A DNA stretch of 54,661 nt, taken from positions 1 through 54,661 of the forward strand of contig JANRIF010000249.1 of the NCBI GenBank assembly GCA_033765245.1, written 5' to 3'. Origin of the DNA: Lysobacteraceae bacterium. Its GTDB lineage: Bacteria; Pseudomonadota; Gammaproteobacteria; Xanthomonadales; Xanthomonadaceae. Below, piece after piece: positions 42,496 through 51,748 of the stretch; position 1 is the first letter of the stretch; the number at the start of each line of letters is the position of its first letter. The notes under the pieces were generated by a model. The model searched no databases. It was not told the DNA's origin and saw only the letters and a program-made list of their open reading frames with translations. A program made the translations under genes and the position numbers.

Positions 42496-43262
42496 TCCAC
42501 CCCAGCGCGTATGTCGACCCCGCCGCGCGCATCGCGCCCGGCGTCAGCATCGGCGCGTTCTGCGTGATCGGCGCCGCGGTAGAGATCGGCGAAGGCACCT
42601 CGATCGGTCCACACGTGGTGATCGACGGCCCCACACGGATCGGCCGCGACAATCGCATCCACGCCTTCGCCGCGCTGGGCGGCGACCCGCAGGACAAGAA
42701 GTACCACGGCGAATCCTCGCGCCTGGAAATCGGCGACCGCAACACCATCCGCGAGTTCGTCACCTTCAACCGCGGCACCGCCGACGATCACAACGTCACC
42801 CGTATCGGCAGCGACAACTGGATCATGGCGTACGTGCACATCGCACATGACTGCGTGGTCGGCGATCACACCGTGTTTGCCAACGCCGCCTCACTGGCCG
42901 GTCATTGCGTGGTCGACGACTGGACCATCCTCGGCGGCTTCACCCTGGTGCACCAGTTCTGCCAGATCGGCGCGCACGCATTCACCGCCATGGGCAGCGT
43001 GGTCAATCGCGACGTACCGCCGTTCGTGATGGTGGCCGGCGCCTACGCGCAGCCGCACGGCATCAACTCCGAGGGCCTGCGCCGGCGCGGCTACGACAAC
43101 GCGCGGATCATGGCGATCAAGCGCGCCTACCGCACCCTCTACAAATCCGGTCTGCCACTGGCACAGGCGCGCCAACAACTCGCCGAACAGGCAGCCGAAG
43201 CGCCCGACGTGCGGGTGATGCTCGACTTCATCGACCGCAGCCAGCGCTCGCTGGTGCGTTGA
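42492..43262 (+). CDS. lpxA: Acyl-ACP--UDP-N-acetylglucosamine O-acyltransferase
   Basis: Start [21 protein letters not shown] (ATGA overlap with the fabZ stop). Hexapeptide repeats. 256 aa. Confidence 0.95.
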   Translation: MIHPSAYVDPAARIAPGVSIGAFCVIGAAVEIGEGTSIGPHVVIDGPTRIGRDNRIHAFAALGGDPQDKKYHGESSRLEIGDRNTIREFVTFNRGTADDHNVTRIGSDNWIMAYVHIAHDCVVGDHTVFANAASLAGHCVVDDWTILGGFTLVHQFCQIGAHAFTAMGSVVNRDVPPFVMVAGAYAQPHGINSEGLRRRGYDNARIMAIKRAYRTLYKSGLPLAQARQQLAEQAAEAPDVRVMLDFIDRSQRSLVR

Positions 43263-43267
43263 TCGCC

Positions 43268-44440
43268 ATGGCGCCAGTCGCCCAACGCCCGCTGCGGATC
43301 GCCCTGGTAGCCGGCGAGGCATCCGGCGACGCGCTCGGCGCCGGGCTGATCGAGGCACTGCGGCAACGGCTCGGCGAGGCCCGCTTCGCCGGCATCGGCG
43401 GGCCGCAGATGCGCAACGCTGGCCTCGATGCCTGGCACGACTGCAGCGAACTGGCGGTGATGGGCCTGGCCGAAGTGCTGCGCCACCTGCCACGCCTGCT
43501 GCGGCTGCGGCGGACGCTGCGCCGGCAGCTCGAAAGCTGGCAGCCAGATATTTACATCGGCATCGACGCGCCCGACTTCAACCTGCCGATCGAGCGCGCG
43601 CTCAAGGCGCAGGGCGTGCCCACCGTGCATTACGTAAGTCCGTCGGTGTGGGCATGGCGCGAACAGCGCGCCCGCCGCATTGGCGAAAGTGCCGACCGCG
43701 TGCTGTGCCTGTTCCCGATGGAGCCGCCGATCTACCAGCGCTTCGGGGTGGACGCGCGTTTCGTCGGCCATCCGCTGGCCGACACCTTCGCGCTGCAACC
43801 GGACGCGACCGCCGCGCGGCAACGCCTGGGCGTCGACGGCGCCGCGCCGGTGCTGGCGTTGCTGCCGGGATCGCGAGTCGGCGAGATCGAGCGCCTGCTG
43901 CCGGTATTTCTGCAAGCCTGCGCGCTGCTGCGCGAGGCGTTGCCCGGCCTGCGCGTACTGCTGCCCAGCGCCAACACCGCGTGCGCGGCGACCATCGCCC
44001 GCGTCCGCGCCAACCTGCCACGCGCCGAGTTCGACCTGCACGTGCTGGAAGGCCAGGCCCACGACGCCATGCTGGCGGCCGACGCCGTGCTGCTGGCATC
44101 GGGCACCGCGGCGCTGGAAGCCTTGCTCGCCAAACGCCCCATGGTAGTGGCCTACAAGATTTCGGCGCTCACCCATGCCCTGGTGATGGGCCTGGGACTG
44201 ATGAAAGTGCGCCGCTACAGTTTGCCCAACGCACTCGCCGGACATCTGCTGGTACCGGAGCTGATGCAGCACGACTGCATGCCTGCACCGATCGCGGCGG
44301 CGCTGCTGCCGTGGCTGCTGTGTCCCGATGCCGGTCGCGCGTTGCTGCCACCCTACCTGGCGATCCACCAGCAACTCGCCGGTCACGGCAGCGCCGCCGC
44401 CGCCGATGCGGTGATCGACCTGCTGGGCACGCCGCGATGA
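43268..44440 (+). CDS. lpxB: Lipid-A-disaccharide synthase
   Basis: Start [21 protein letters not shown] (ATG 43268). 390 aa. Confidence 0.93.
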   Translation: MAPVAQRPLRIALVAGEASGDALGAGLIEALRQRLGEARFAGIGGPQMRNAGLDAWHDCSELAVMGLAEVLRHLPRLLRLRRTLRRQLESWQPDIYIGIDAPDFNLPIERALKAQGVPTVHYVSPSVWAWREQRARRIGESADRVLCLFPMEPPIYQRFGVDARFVGHPLADTFALQPDATAARQRLGVDGAAPVLALLPGSRVGEIERLLPVFLQACALLREALPGLRVLLPSANTACAATIARVRANLPRAEFDLHVLEGQAHDAMLAADAVLLASGTAALEALLAKRPMVVAYKISALTHALVMGLGLMKVRRYSLPNALAGHLLVPELMQHDCMPAPIAAALLPWLLCPDAGRALLPPYLAIHQQLAGHGSAAAADAVIDLLGTPR

Positions 44441-45027
44441 ATGCCGGCGCCCACGTGGCCGGCGTCGACGAGGCAGGCCGCGGACCGCTGGCAGGGCCGG
44501 TGGCGGTGGCGGCGGTCATCCTCGACCCCACGCGTCCCATCGCCGGACTGGCGGACTCCAAGCGTCTGAGCGCGGCGCAGCGCGAAGCGCTGTATCCGCA
44601 GATCGTCGAACGCGCGCTCGCCTGGCAAGTGGTGTGCATCGACGCCGGAGAAATCGATCGCCTGAATATTCTCAACGCCACGCTGGAAGGCATGAGCCAG
44701 GTGCTGGAACAATTATCGCCAGCGCCGCACGAAGCGTTGATCGACGGCAACCGCCTACCCCGACGCCTGCCCTGCGCAGCGCGCGCGATCGTTGCCGGCG
44801 ACGCCAGCGTACCGGCAATCAGCGCCGCCTCCATCCTCGCCAAAGTCACGCGCGACCGCTACATGCACGCGCTGGACGAGCGCTTTCCCGGCTACGGCTT
44901 CGCCCAACACGTCGGATACCCCACCCCGGCGCACCTGACCGCGCTGCAGCGGCTCGGCCCCTGCCCGGAACACCGCCGCAGCTTCGCACCCGTGCGTGCG
45001 GCGATGGCTGGCGTGTTGTTGCGGTGA
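44437..45027 (+). CDS. rnhB: Ribonuclease HII
   Basis: Start [22 protein letters not shown] (ATGA overlap with the lpxB stop). 196 aa. Confidence 0.95.
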   Translation: MNAGAHVAGVDEAGRGPLAGPVAVAAVILDPTRPIAGLADSKRLSAAQREALYPQIVERALAWQVVCIDAGEIDRLNILNATLEGMSQVLEQLSPAPHEALIDGNRLPRRLPCAARAIVAGDASVPAISAASILAKVTRDRYMHALDERFPGYGFAQHVGYPTPAHLTALQRLGPCPEHRRSFAPVRAAMAGVLLR

Positions 45028-45207
45028 AGCCTGGACTCGGGACTCGGAACGGCCAAGGCGCCGGTAGGCTGGCGGTGAGCGCAGCGAACCCCAGCGCCGT
45101 TGCACCACCTGTGGGCGTGCTGGGGTTCGCTGCGCTCACCGCCAGCCGACATCAGAAGCACAAGCTCAAAGCAGAAGCTCGCAAGCTCGTCGTCCCGCGT
45201 CCCCGAG
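45026..45207. repeat. Degenerate heptad-hairpin element carrying a nested 29-bp perfect inverted repeat
   Basis: gaagcctGGACTCGGGACTCGG...ccaaggc on the left. ctcgcaagctcgtcGTCCCGCGTCCCCGAG on the right. Inside, 45067-45095 ggctggcggtgagcgcagcgaaccccagc is the exact reverse complement of 45119-45147. Confidence 0.8.
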
Positions 45208-45241
45208 CCACCCGCCCCACACTTCCGCGTAGAATCCGCGC

Positions 45242-45925
45242 ATGCGCATCCCACACGTTCAACGTTTCCTGCTCACCGGCTTGCTCACGGTGTTCCCGCT
45301 CTGGCTGACCTGGGTAGTGTTCGAGCTGGTGCTGACCCAGCTCTCGCGCATGGGCGCGCCGTTGGTGGATGCCGCGTTCCGCCTGCTGTCGCAGTTGCTG
45401 CCGATGTCCGAGCACATCCTGAGCTTGACCTGGCTGCGCTTCGTTCTCGCCGTGGTGCTCACCCTGGGCGTGCTCTACAGCTTGGGCGCGCTCGCCAGCC
45501 GGGTGATCGGCAAGCGCGTGCTGTCCTGGCTCGATGGCCTGATCGAGCGGATTCCGCTGGTGCAGTCGATCTATGGCGGCACCAAGAAACTGCTGTCGGT
45601 GCTGCAGGCCAAGCCCGAGGGTTCGCAGCGGGTGGTGCTGATCGATTTTCCGCACGCCGAGATGAAGGCGATTGGTCTGGTCACGCGGGTGATCCGCGAA
45701 CACGGCACCGGCCGCGAACTCGCCGCGGTGTACGTGCCGACCACACCCAACCCCACCTCGGGCTATCTCGAAATCGTGCCGCTCGACCGCCTCACCCCGA
45801 CCGACTGGACCGTGGATCAGGCCATGGCCTTCATCATTTCGGGCGGCGCGGTCAGCCCCGATCGGATCCCCTACGGCCGCCCGGCGGCTGACGCCGCGTC
45901 AGCGCCGCGAGAGCCCTCTGCGTGA
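45242..45925 (+). CDS. DUF502-family membrane protein
   Basis: N-terminal FLLTGLLTVFPLWLTWVV and PTTPNPTSGYL motifs are typical of DUF502. 227 aa. Confidence 0.75.
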   Translation: MRIPHVQRFLLTGLLTVFPLWLTWVVFELVLTQLSRMGAPLVDAAFRLLSQLLPMSEHILSLTWLRFVLAVVLTLGVLYSLGALASRVIGKRVLSWLDGLIERIPLVQSIYGGTKKLLSVLQAKPEGSQRVVLIDFPHAEMKAIGLVTRVIREHGTGRELAAVYVPTTPNPTSGYLEIVPLDRLTPTDWTVDQAMAFIISGGAVSPDRIPYGRPAADAASAPREPSA

Positions 45926-46689
45926 GTCCGCTGGCGGATCGCGGCCAGCGCCTGTTCATCGTGCTGGCGGGCGTGTTCGTCGCCAACGCGCTGCTGGCCG
46001 AGCTGATCGGCGTCAAGATTTTTGCGCTGGAAGAAACCCTCGGCCTGCAGCCATTGCAGTGGAATCTGTTTGGCCGCAGCGGCTCGCTCAATTTCACCGT
46101 GGGTGTGCTGCTGTGGCCGATCGTGTTCGTGATGACCGACGTCATCAACGAGTTCTTCGGTCAGCGTGGCGTGCGCCTGATCAGTTGGCTGGCGGTGATG
46201 CTGATCGTGTACGGATTCGTGTTCGCCTACATCGCCATCGCGCTGGCGCCGGCGCCGTGGTGGACGCAGGCGGCACAGTCGCAGGGCGTGCCGGACTATC
46301 AGGCGGCGTTTGCCACCGTGTTCGGACAGGGCCTGTGGACCATCGGCGGCTCGGTCATCGCGTTCCTGATCGGGCAGTTGATCGACGTCGCGGTGTTCCA
46401 CCGCATCCGCCGTCTCACCGGTGAACGCTGGATCTGGCTGCGCGCCACCGGCTCCACTGTGGTCTCGCAACTTGTGGACAGTTTCGTGGTGCTGTACATC
46501 GCTTTCGTGCTGGGGCCGCAGCACTGGCCAACGCCGTTGTTCCTGGCCGTGGCGAGCGTGAACTACGCTTACAAGGTGATTGCGGCGTTCGCGCTGATTC
46601 CGTTGATCTACCTCGCGCGGCGTCTGATCGTCGGCTATCTGGGCGCCGAGCGCGCGACCGCGCTGCGCGAGGCCGCCGCTGCCGATTGA
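45922..46689 (+). CDS. yhhQ: Queuosine-precursor transporter (YhhQ/DUF165 family)
   Basis: Multi-TM protein with LLWPIVFVMTDVINEFFG and VSQLVDSFVV motifs. GTG start overlapping the upstream stop. Confidence 0.75.
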   Translation: MSPLADRGQRLFIVLAGVFVANALLAELIGVKIFALEETLGLQPLQWNLFGRSGSLNFTVGVLLWPIVFVMTDVINEFFGQRGVRLISWLAVMLIVYGFVFAYIAIALAPAPWWTQAAQSQGVPDYQAAFATVFGQGLWTIGGSVIAFLIGQLIDVAVFHRIRRLTGERWIWLRATGSTVVSQLVDSFVVLYIAFVLGPQHWPTPLFLAVASVNYAYKVIAAFALIPLIYLARRLIVGYLGAERATALREAAAAD

Positions 46690-46783
46690 TGGCCGTGACT
46701 TTCGACCCTTGCCGCGTGCCGGCGCCAGACCGCAGCGTTGTCGTCTTGCAAACCCACCCATGCTCACAACCCGAGAGGCCGTC

Positions 46784-48619
46784 ATGACATCCAGGACCCT
46801 TGCATTGGCCATCGGCCTTGCGCTTTCCACCCTGCTCGCAGGCTGCGGCGGCTCCGGCGAACAGGCCGCCGCGCCGGCAGCGCCGGTTGCGCCGGCGGTG
46901 GACCCGGCCCAACTCGCGGCGGAGATGGAAACCCTGTACGGCCAGTTCTGGGAAGAATCGCTGCAACTCAATCCGATCCAGGCCACCTTCATCGGCGACA
47001 ACCGTTACAACGACCAGTTGCCGAATTTCCTCAGCGCCGAGTTCCGCCAGCGCACCCACGATTTCGACCAGCGCTGGCTCGACAAGGTGCAAGCGATCGA
47101 TCCGACGCCGCTGCAGGGCCAGGCGCGGTTGTCGTACGACATCTTCGTACGCAACCTCAAGACCGAGCTGGAGTCGCAACGCTTCCCGGACTGGATGCAG
47201 CCGATCGACCAGTTTCGCAACATCGGCTCTTTCGCGGTGCAACTGGGCTCCGGCACCGGCGCGCAGCCGTTCAAGACCGTGGCCGATTACGACAACTGGG
47301 TGAAGCGCGCCGACGCCATGGTCGCGATTTTCGACACCGCCATCGCCAACATGCGCGAAGGCATGGCGGCCGGCGTGGTGCAGCCCAAGGTGCTGATGCA
47401 GAAAGTGCTGCCGCAGTTGGACGCGATCATCAAGGACAAGCCCGAGGACACCCAGTTCTGGGGCCCGATCAAGAACCTCCCAGCGGACTTCGCCGAAGCC
47501 GACAAAACGCGGCTGAGCGACGCCTACCGCGCACTGATCGGCGAGCGCCTGATTCCCTCGTTCCAGCGCCTGCGCACCTTCATCGCCAACGACTACCTGC
47601 CCGCCTGCCGCGACAGTGTCGCCCTCTCGGCGCTGCCGGATGGACAGGCGTGGTACGCCTTCAACGTGAAGAACCAGACCACCACCGATCTCACCCCGGA
47701 GCAGATCCACCAGATCGGCCTGGACGAAGTGGCGCGCATCCAGGGCGAAATGCGCGAGGTGATGACGCAGGTCGGCTTCAAGGGCGATCTCAAGGAATTC
47801 TTCCACTTCCTCACCACCGACAAGCAATTCGAATTCAGCAACGAACAGGCTTTGCTGGACAGCTACAACGCGCTGCGCGCGCGGGTCGAGGCCGGCGTAC
47901 CAACGCTGTTCTCGCTGGTGCCGAAGGCGCCGTTCGAGATCCGCCCGGTCGAGCCGTTCCGCGCCGCCTCCGCCGCCGGCGGCCAGTACTTCCCGCCCAG
48001 CGCCGACGGCTCGCGCCCGGGCATTTTCTACGTCAACACCTACGACCTGCCCTCGCGCAAGAAGTGGGACGAGGAAAGCCTGTTCCTGCACGAAGCCATT
48101 CCGGGCCACCACTTCCAGATCGCGCTGCAGCAGGAACTGACCGGCCTGCCGGCATTCCGTCGCTTCGGCGGCGAAACCGCCTACATCGAAGGCTGGGGCC
48201 TGTATGCCGAATCGCTGGGCAAGGAACTGGGCGTGTACACCGATCCCTACCAGTACTTCGGCCGCCTGCAAGCGGAACTGTGGCGCGCGATCCGGCTGGT
48301 GGTGGACACCGGCCTGCACGCCAAAGGCTGGACCCGCGATCAGGTGATCGCTTACATGCTCGACAACTCCGCCACCTCCAACACCGAAGCGGTGTCGGAA
48401 GCCGAGCGCTACATCGCCGTGCCAGGCCAGGCACTGGCCTACAAGATCGGCGAGCTCAAACTGCAGGAACTGCGCAAACGCGCCACCACCGCGCTCGGCG
48501 ACAAGTTCGACATCCACGCCTTCCATGCCGAAATACTGCGCGACGGCTCGTTGCCGCTGGGCATACTGGAGACCAAGCTCGATCGCTGGATTGCGGCGAG
48601 CCAGTCAGCCCAGCCCTAA
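46784..48619 (+). CDS. DUF885-family lipoprotein (putative metallopeptidase-like)
   Basis: Start MTSRTLALAIGLALSTLLAGC (ATG 46784, GAGAGG upstream). Lipobox LLAGC. HEAIPGHH motif and C-terminal ERYIAVPGQALAYKIG, typical of DUF885. Confidence 0.8.
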   Translation: MTSRTLALAIGLALSTLLAGCGGSGEQAAAPAAPVAPAVDPAQLAAEMETLYGQFWEESLQLNPIQATFIGDNRYNDQLPNFLSAEFRQRTHDFDQRWLDKVQAIDPTPLQGQARLSYDIFVRNLKTELESQRFPDWMQPIDQFRNIGSFAVQLGSGTGAQPFKTVADYDNWVKRADAMVAIFDTAIANMREGMAAGVVQPKVLMQKVLPQLDAIIKDKPEDTQFWGPIKNLPADFAEADKTRLSDAYRALIGERLIPSFQRLRTFIANDYLPACRDSVALSALPDGQAWYAFNVKNQTTTDLTPEQIHQIGLDEVARIQGEMREVMTQVGFKGDLKEFFHFLTTDKQFEFSNEQALLDSYNALRARVEAGVPTLFSLVPKAPFEIRPVEPFRAASAAGGQYFPPSADGSRPGIFYVNTYDLPSRKKWDEESLFLHEAIPGHHFQIALQQELTGLPAFRRFGGETAYIEGWGLYAESLGKELGVYTDPYQYFGRLQAELWRAIRLVVDTGLHAKGWTRDQVIAYMLDNSATSNTEAVSEAERYIAVPGQALAYKIGELKLQELRKRATTALGDKFDIHAFHAEILRDGSLPLGILETKLDRWIAASQSAQP

Positions 48620-48636
48620 CGGTACGGCAATGATCG

Positions 48637-48779
48637 AGGGGACTCGGTGAGGTCGGGATTCGGGACGCGATGAAGCCGGGACTCGGGACTGGGGACTGGG
48701 GACTCGGAAAAGCCAAGGCGAGAGATCAGAGCGAAAGTTCGCAAGCTTGCAGTCCCGAGTCCCGAGTCCCGAGTCCCAA
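48637..48779. repeat. Heptad-hairpin REP-like element, short allele (4 left heptads, 3-4 right heptads)
   Basis: gatgaagccGGGACTCGGGACTGGGGACTGGGGACTCGG (from 48669). The spacer is nearly identical to that at 9688-9731. Then GTCCCGA x3 plus GTCCCAA (48752-48779). Confidence 0.85.
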
Positions 48780-48823
48780 CCCTCGCATTGACCACACACC
48801 GCCCCACGCGGCACACTTGCGCC

Positions 48824-49084
48824 ATGCCTCCCGCCGTCAAATCCGATCCTTCCGCCAGCCCAGTCGCCGACTTCGAGCGCTCGCTCGATGAACTGGAACA
48901 GATCGTGCAGCGCATGGAGACCGGCGAGCTGAGCCTGGACGACTCGCTCAGTGCCTACGAACGCGGCGTGTCGTTGTACCGGCAATGCCGTGGCGCACTC
49001 GATCAAGCCGAACTGCGAGTGAAACTGCTGTCCGATCCGCTCGATCCGGACAGTGCGCAGGACTTCGCCGCGGATGCACCCTGA
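48824..49084 (+). CDS. xseB: Exodeoxyribonuclease VII small subunit
   Basis: Start ATG 48824 (MPPAVKSD...). [26 protein letters not shown] is the XseB core. Confidence 0.9.
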   Translation: MPPAVKSDPSASPVADFERSLDELEQIVQRMETGELSLDDSLSAYERGVSLYRQCRGALDQAELRVKLLSDPLDPDSAQDFAADAP

Positions 49085-49183
49085 GCGCAGGCACCTCGGC
49101 CGTGCCCCCACACGCGACGCAACGTTCTGGCATCAACCCCGCACCCATCGCATGAACTCCACGCGCGCAAGCCGCACGTACCG

Positions 49184-50062
49184 ATGCTGAGCGCCGCGCA
49201 ATTTCCGCGCTGGCAAGGCCGCATCGAATCGATGCTGGAACGCCTGCTGCCACCACCCGACAGCACGCCGGCGCGCCTGCACACCGCCATGCGCCACGCA
49301 GTACTCGGCGGCGGCAAGCGCCTGCGACCGATGCTGGTGTATGCCGCCGGCGCGCTCGTTCACGCCGATGCCGCCACCCTGGATCACGCCGCCGCCGCAG
49401 TGGAACTCATCCACGCCTACTCGCTGGTGCACGACGACCTGCCGGCGATGGACGACGACGCCCTGCGGCGCGGCCGCCCGACCGTACACGTGGCGTTCGA
49501 CGAAGCCACCGCCATCCTTGCCGGCGACGCACTGCAGACGTTGGCGTTCGCCGCACTGAGCGATGCACCGGCCCCGGCCGAAGTGCGGCTGGCGTTGCTG
49601 CAAACACTGACTGCCGCCAGCGGCTCACAAGGCATGTGCGGCGGCCAGGCGCTCGACCTCGCCGCCACCGGCCAGCGCCAGACCCTGACCGACCTCGAAG
49701 CCATGCACCGCGCCAAGACCGGCGCACTGATCCGCGCCAGCGTGCGCATGGGTGCCCAGGCCGGCAACGCCGACGCCACGATGCTGGCGTCGCTCGACGA
49801 CTACGCCACCGCCCTTGGCCTCGCCTTCCAGATCCGCGACGACCTGCTCGACATCGAAGGCGACGCCGCACAACTGGGCAAGACCGCCGGCAAAGACGTC
49901 GCCCAAGACAAATCGACCTTCCCCGCCCTGCTCGGCATCGAAGCCTCCTACGCCCGCCTCGACGACCTCACCACCCACATGTGCGACGCGCTCGCAAACA
50001 TCCCCGGCGACACCCTGCCGCTACAGCAACTCGGCGAATTCGCCGCGCGGCGCAGACACTGA
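49184..50062 (+). CDS. ispA: Farnesyl-diphosphate synthase (geranyltranstransferase)
   Basis: First and second Asp-rich motifs LVHDDLPAMDDD and FQIRDDLLD. Conserved xseB-ispA pairing. Confidence 0.95.
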   Translation: MLSAAQFPRWQGRIESMLERLLPPPDSTPARLHTAMRHAVLGGGKRLRPMLVYAAGALVHADAATLDHAAAAVELIHAYSLVHDDLPAMDDDALRRGRPTVHVAFDEATAILAGDALQTLAFAALSDAPAPAEVRLALLQTLTAASGSQGMCGGQALDLAATGQRQTLTDLEAMHRAKTGALIRASVRMGAQAGNADATMLASLDDYATALGLAFQIRDDLLDIEGDAAQLGKTAGKDVAQDKSTFPALLGIEASYARLDDLTTHMCDALANIPGDTLPLQQLGEFAARRRH

Positions 50063-50490
50063 ACTGCTGGCGCGCTCGCACTACCAACCGCCCGGCCAAC
50101 AGCGCCCGCACCGCGTTCCTGCTCAATACCGTTGGAGGCAGCTCAGGGCTCTTGGCTCGCCGGGTGGTTTCCATCCACGGCAACCCGCGGCGCCCTTCGT
50201 GCTCGGAACCCGCATTTGCGCCCATTGCAAGCCGAATCCGGGATGATTACGCTGCCTCCGACGGTGTTACGGTACGATGCCATCAATCGCCTAGTCCCGC
50301 ACCAAAGAACGTTGCGAGGATAGGATGCGAAGATGGGCTGCAACGCAGGGATAACGCGATGATTCGTGCAGGAATTTTCTTGCAATTCACTGCCCCAATA
50401 CCGTGATTGGCTGCGGGTATATCTGGCGATTCGTCGTCGACTAGGTGTAGGCGTCAAGCACCCCACTGCTCCATACCTCGGATGCTCCTC

Positions 50491-50916
50491 ATGAAAACAC
50501 TAATCGCACTTCGCGGCGCGGGGAACCGCGGCAAGAGTAGAACTCTGTGCATGCTCATAGAACTCATCAAGGTGGCCTATCCAAGTGCCAAGTTCGAGGA
50601 GAAGCGGTACAAGATTGACATCACTGTTGTGATCACCGTTGGCACGATCAAAGTTGGGGTCGAGACGCAAGGCGACCCGAACAGTCGGCTGGAACGAAGC
50701 CTAAATACGTTCGTCGACATTGGTTGCAAGGTAATTGTTTGCGCTTCCCGTTCATCTGGCAGAACCGTTGAAATTGTCAACGAGGCTGGGAGTCGAGGAT
50801 ACAGGGTCAAGTGGGTCGAGAAGGCGTCCGTGCAAGAGTCAGCGATGCAATGCGCCGCGAACAGGGCTTCCGCAGGCGAACTGCTCACATTGGTCCAGGC
50901 CGCAATTGACGCCTAA
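50491..50916 (+). CDS. Small P-loop NTPase-like protein (141 aa), family unknown
   Basis: MKTLIALRGAGNRGKSRTL contains a Walker A motif GxxxxGKS (GAGNRGKS). No unambiguous Walker B. ATG 50482 is an alternative start. No clear SD sequence. Confidence 0.6.
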   Translation: MKTLIALRGAGNRGKSRTLCMLIELIKVAYPSAKFEEKRYKIDITVVITVGTIKVGVETQGDPNSRLERSLNTFVDIGCKVIVCASRSSGRTVEIVNEAGSRGYRVKWVEKASVQESAMQCAANRASAGELLTLVQAAIDA

Positions 50917-50929
50917 CGTTAGGGCTTAC

Positions 50930-51637
50930 ATGAGAAATCCGTCGAAGTGGAGTCCGCTCGACTACCTCAAGCGTCAGATGGACAGACGATATGTCGGGAT
51001 ACGAATTGATCCCTTTCCTCAAAAGCCACTTCAAGAGAACCAGCTACAACAGGCGGACGTATTATTCTGCCGCGGAGGGAAACGGAAAATTACTTGGCAA
51101 CTCATTTCATACGGTTCATCAGGCCCTTATGTCCATGTCGCAATTTACCTCAGCGACGGAGAAGTGGCTGAGTCAACAACGAGAGGAGTCAAGCTGTGCA
51201 AATTGAGTGAGCTAATCGAGCGATACGAGTACGTCGCGGTTACGAGGTGCCCAGGCGTTCACGGCATCCCCAACTTGCGATCGAATGTGATTGATTTTTG
51301 CAAGTATCACATTAGCTGCGGAACGCCATACGACCACGTTGGCGCTGCGCTCTCACCTCTATACGAGTTCATCGAGCTGGCATTTCAACGGTCCAGACCC
51401 CGCCGCATAACTTTTAATTGGCAAAGAAGAACTCATCGTCGCACGTTCTGTTCGCAGTTTGTCTTGGACGCATTTGTAGCGGGCGGTTATATTCCAGCAA
51501 CATATTACGCAATGGGTGCTCGGTCACCGACCGCTCTAGCGGAGGAGAAGTGCTTCGGCCTTATTGGCTACTTGAGCAAAGCCCGGAGACTTGGGCCGAA
51601 TCTTCGCGGTGATGTTTTCTGGAACGGAGGCGGGTGA
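50930..51637 (+). CDS. Permuted papain-like / NlpC-P60 superfamily amidase (C92 YaeF/YiiX-like), 235 aa
   Basis: ADVLFCRG...SSGPYVHVAIYLSDGEVAESTTRGV (His block) precedes GTPYDH and RRTFCSQFVLDAF (Cys block). This is the His-before-Cys circular permutation of the YiiX family. Start ATG 50930 within ORF 50735..51637. Confidence 0.6.
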   Translation: MRNPSKWSPLDYLKRQMDRRYVGIRIDPFPQKPLQENQLQQADVLFCRGGKRKITWQLISYGSSGPYVHVAIYLSDGEVAESTTRGVKLCKLSELIERYEYVAVTRCPGVHGIPNLRSNVIDFCKYHISCGTPYDHVGAALSPLYEFIELAFQRSRPRRITFNWQRRTHRRTFCSQFVLDAFVAGGYIPATYYAMGARSPTALAEEKCFGLIGYLSKARRLGPNLRGDVFWNGGG

Positions 51638-51646
51638 GCCACGACA

Positions 51647-51688
51647 AATTAATCCAAAGCGAAGCCGCTTCGCGACCTGGTATTAATT
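51647..51688. repeat. Two-tier imperfect palindrome between the amidase gene and the next ORF
   Basis: The outer AATTAATCC pairs with GGtATTAATT (one bulged T). The inner GCGAAG/CTTCGC stem has a 3-nt loop. No AAC/GTT boxes and no T-tract. Confidence 0.5.
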
Positions 51689-51748
51689 AATACGCTGCGG
51701 CTCTCTATTCATCACGCATCCTTTGCGCATCGATCATCCTGGTGAAAT

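Noticed and set aside
42016-44440. Serial 4-nt ATGA overlaps (lpxD/fabZ, fabZ/lpxA, lpxB/rnhB; also rseA/rpoE, MFP/OMF) as possible recoding signals
   Set aside because: This is ordinary translational coupling in compact operons. Each downstream protein starts with its canonical N-terminus.
50063-50490. Possible integrase remnant, attI site or tRNA integration target between ispA and the island
   Set aside because: The only ORFs (50143..50466 minus, 50132..50323 plus) show no tyrosine-recombinase motifs (no R..HxxR..Y pattern). I see no tRNA-like cloverleaf. GGCCAAC (50094) and GTTGGAG (50131) are only 30 nt apart with no stems, so they are not a credible attC or attI. The boundary is left unresolved.
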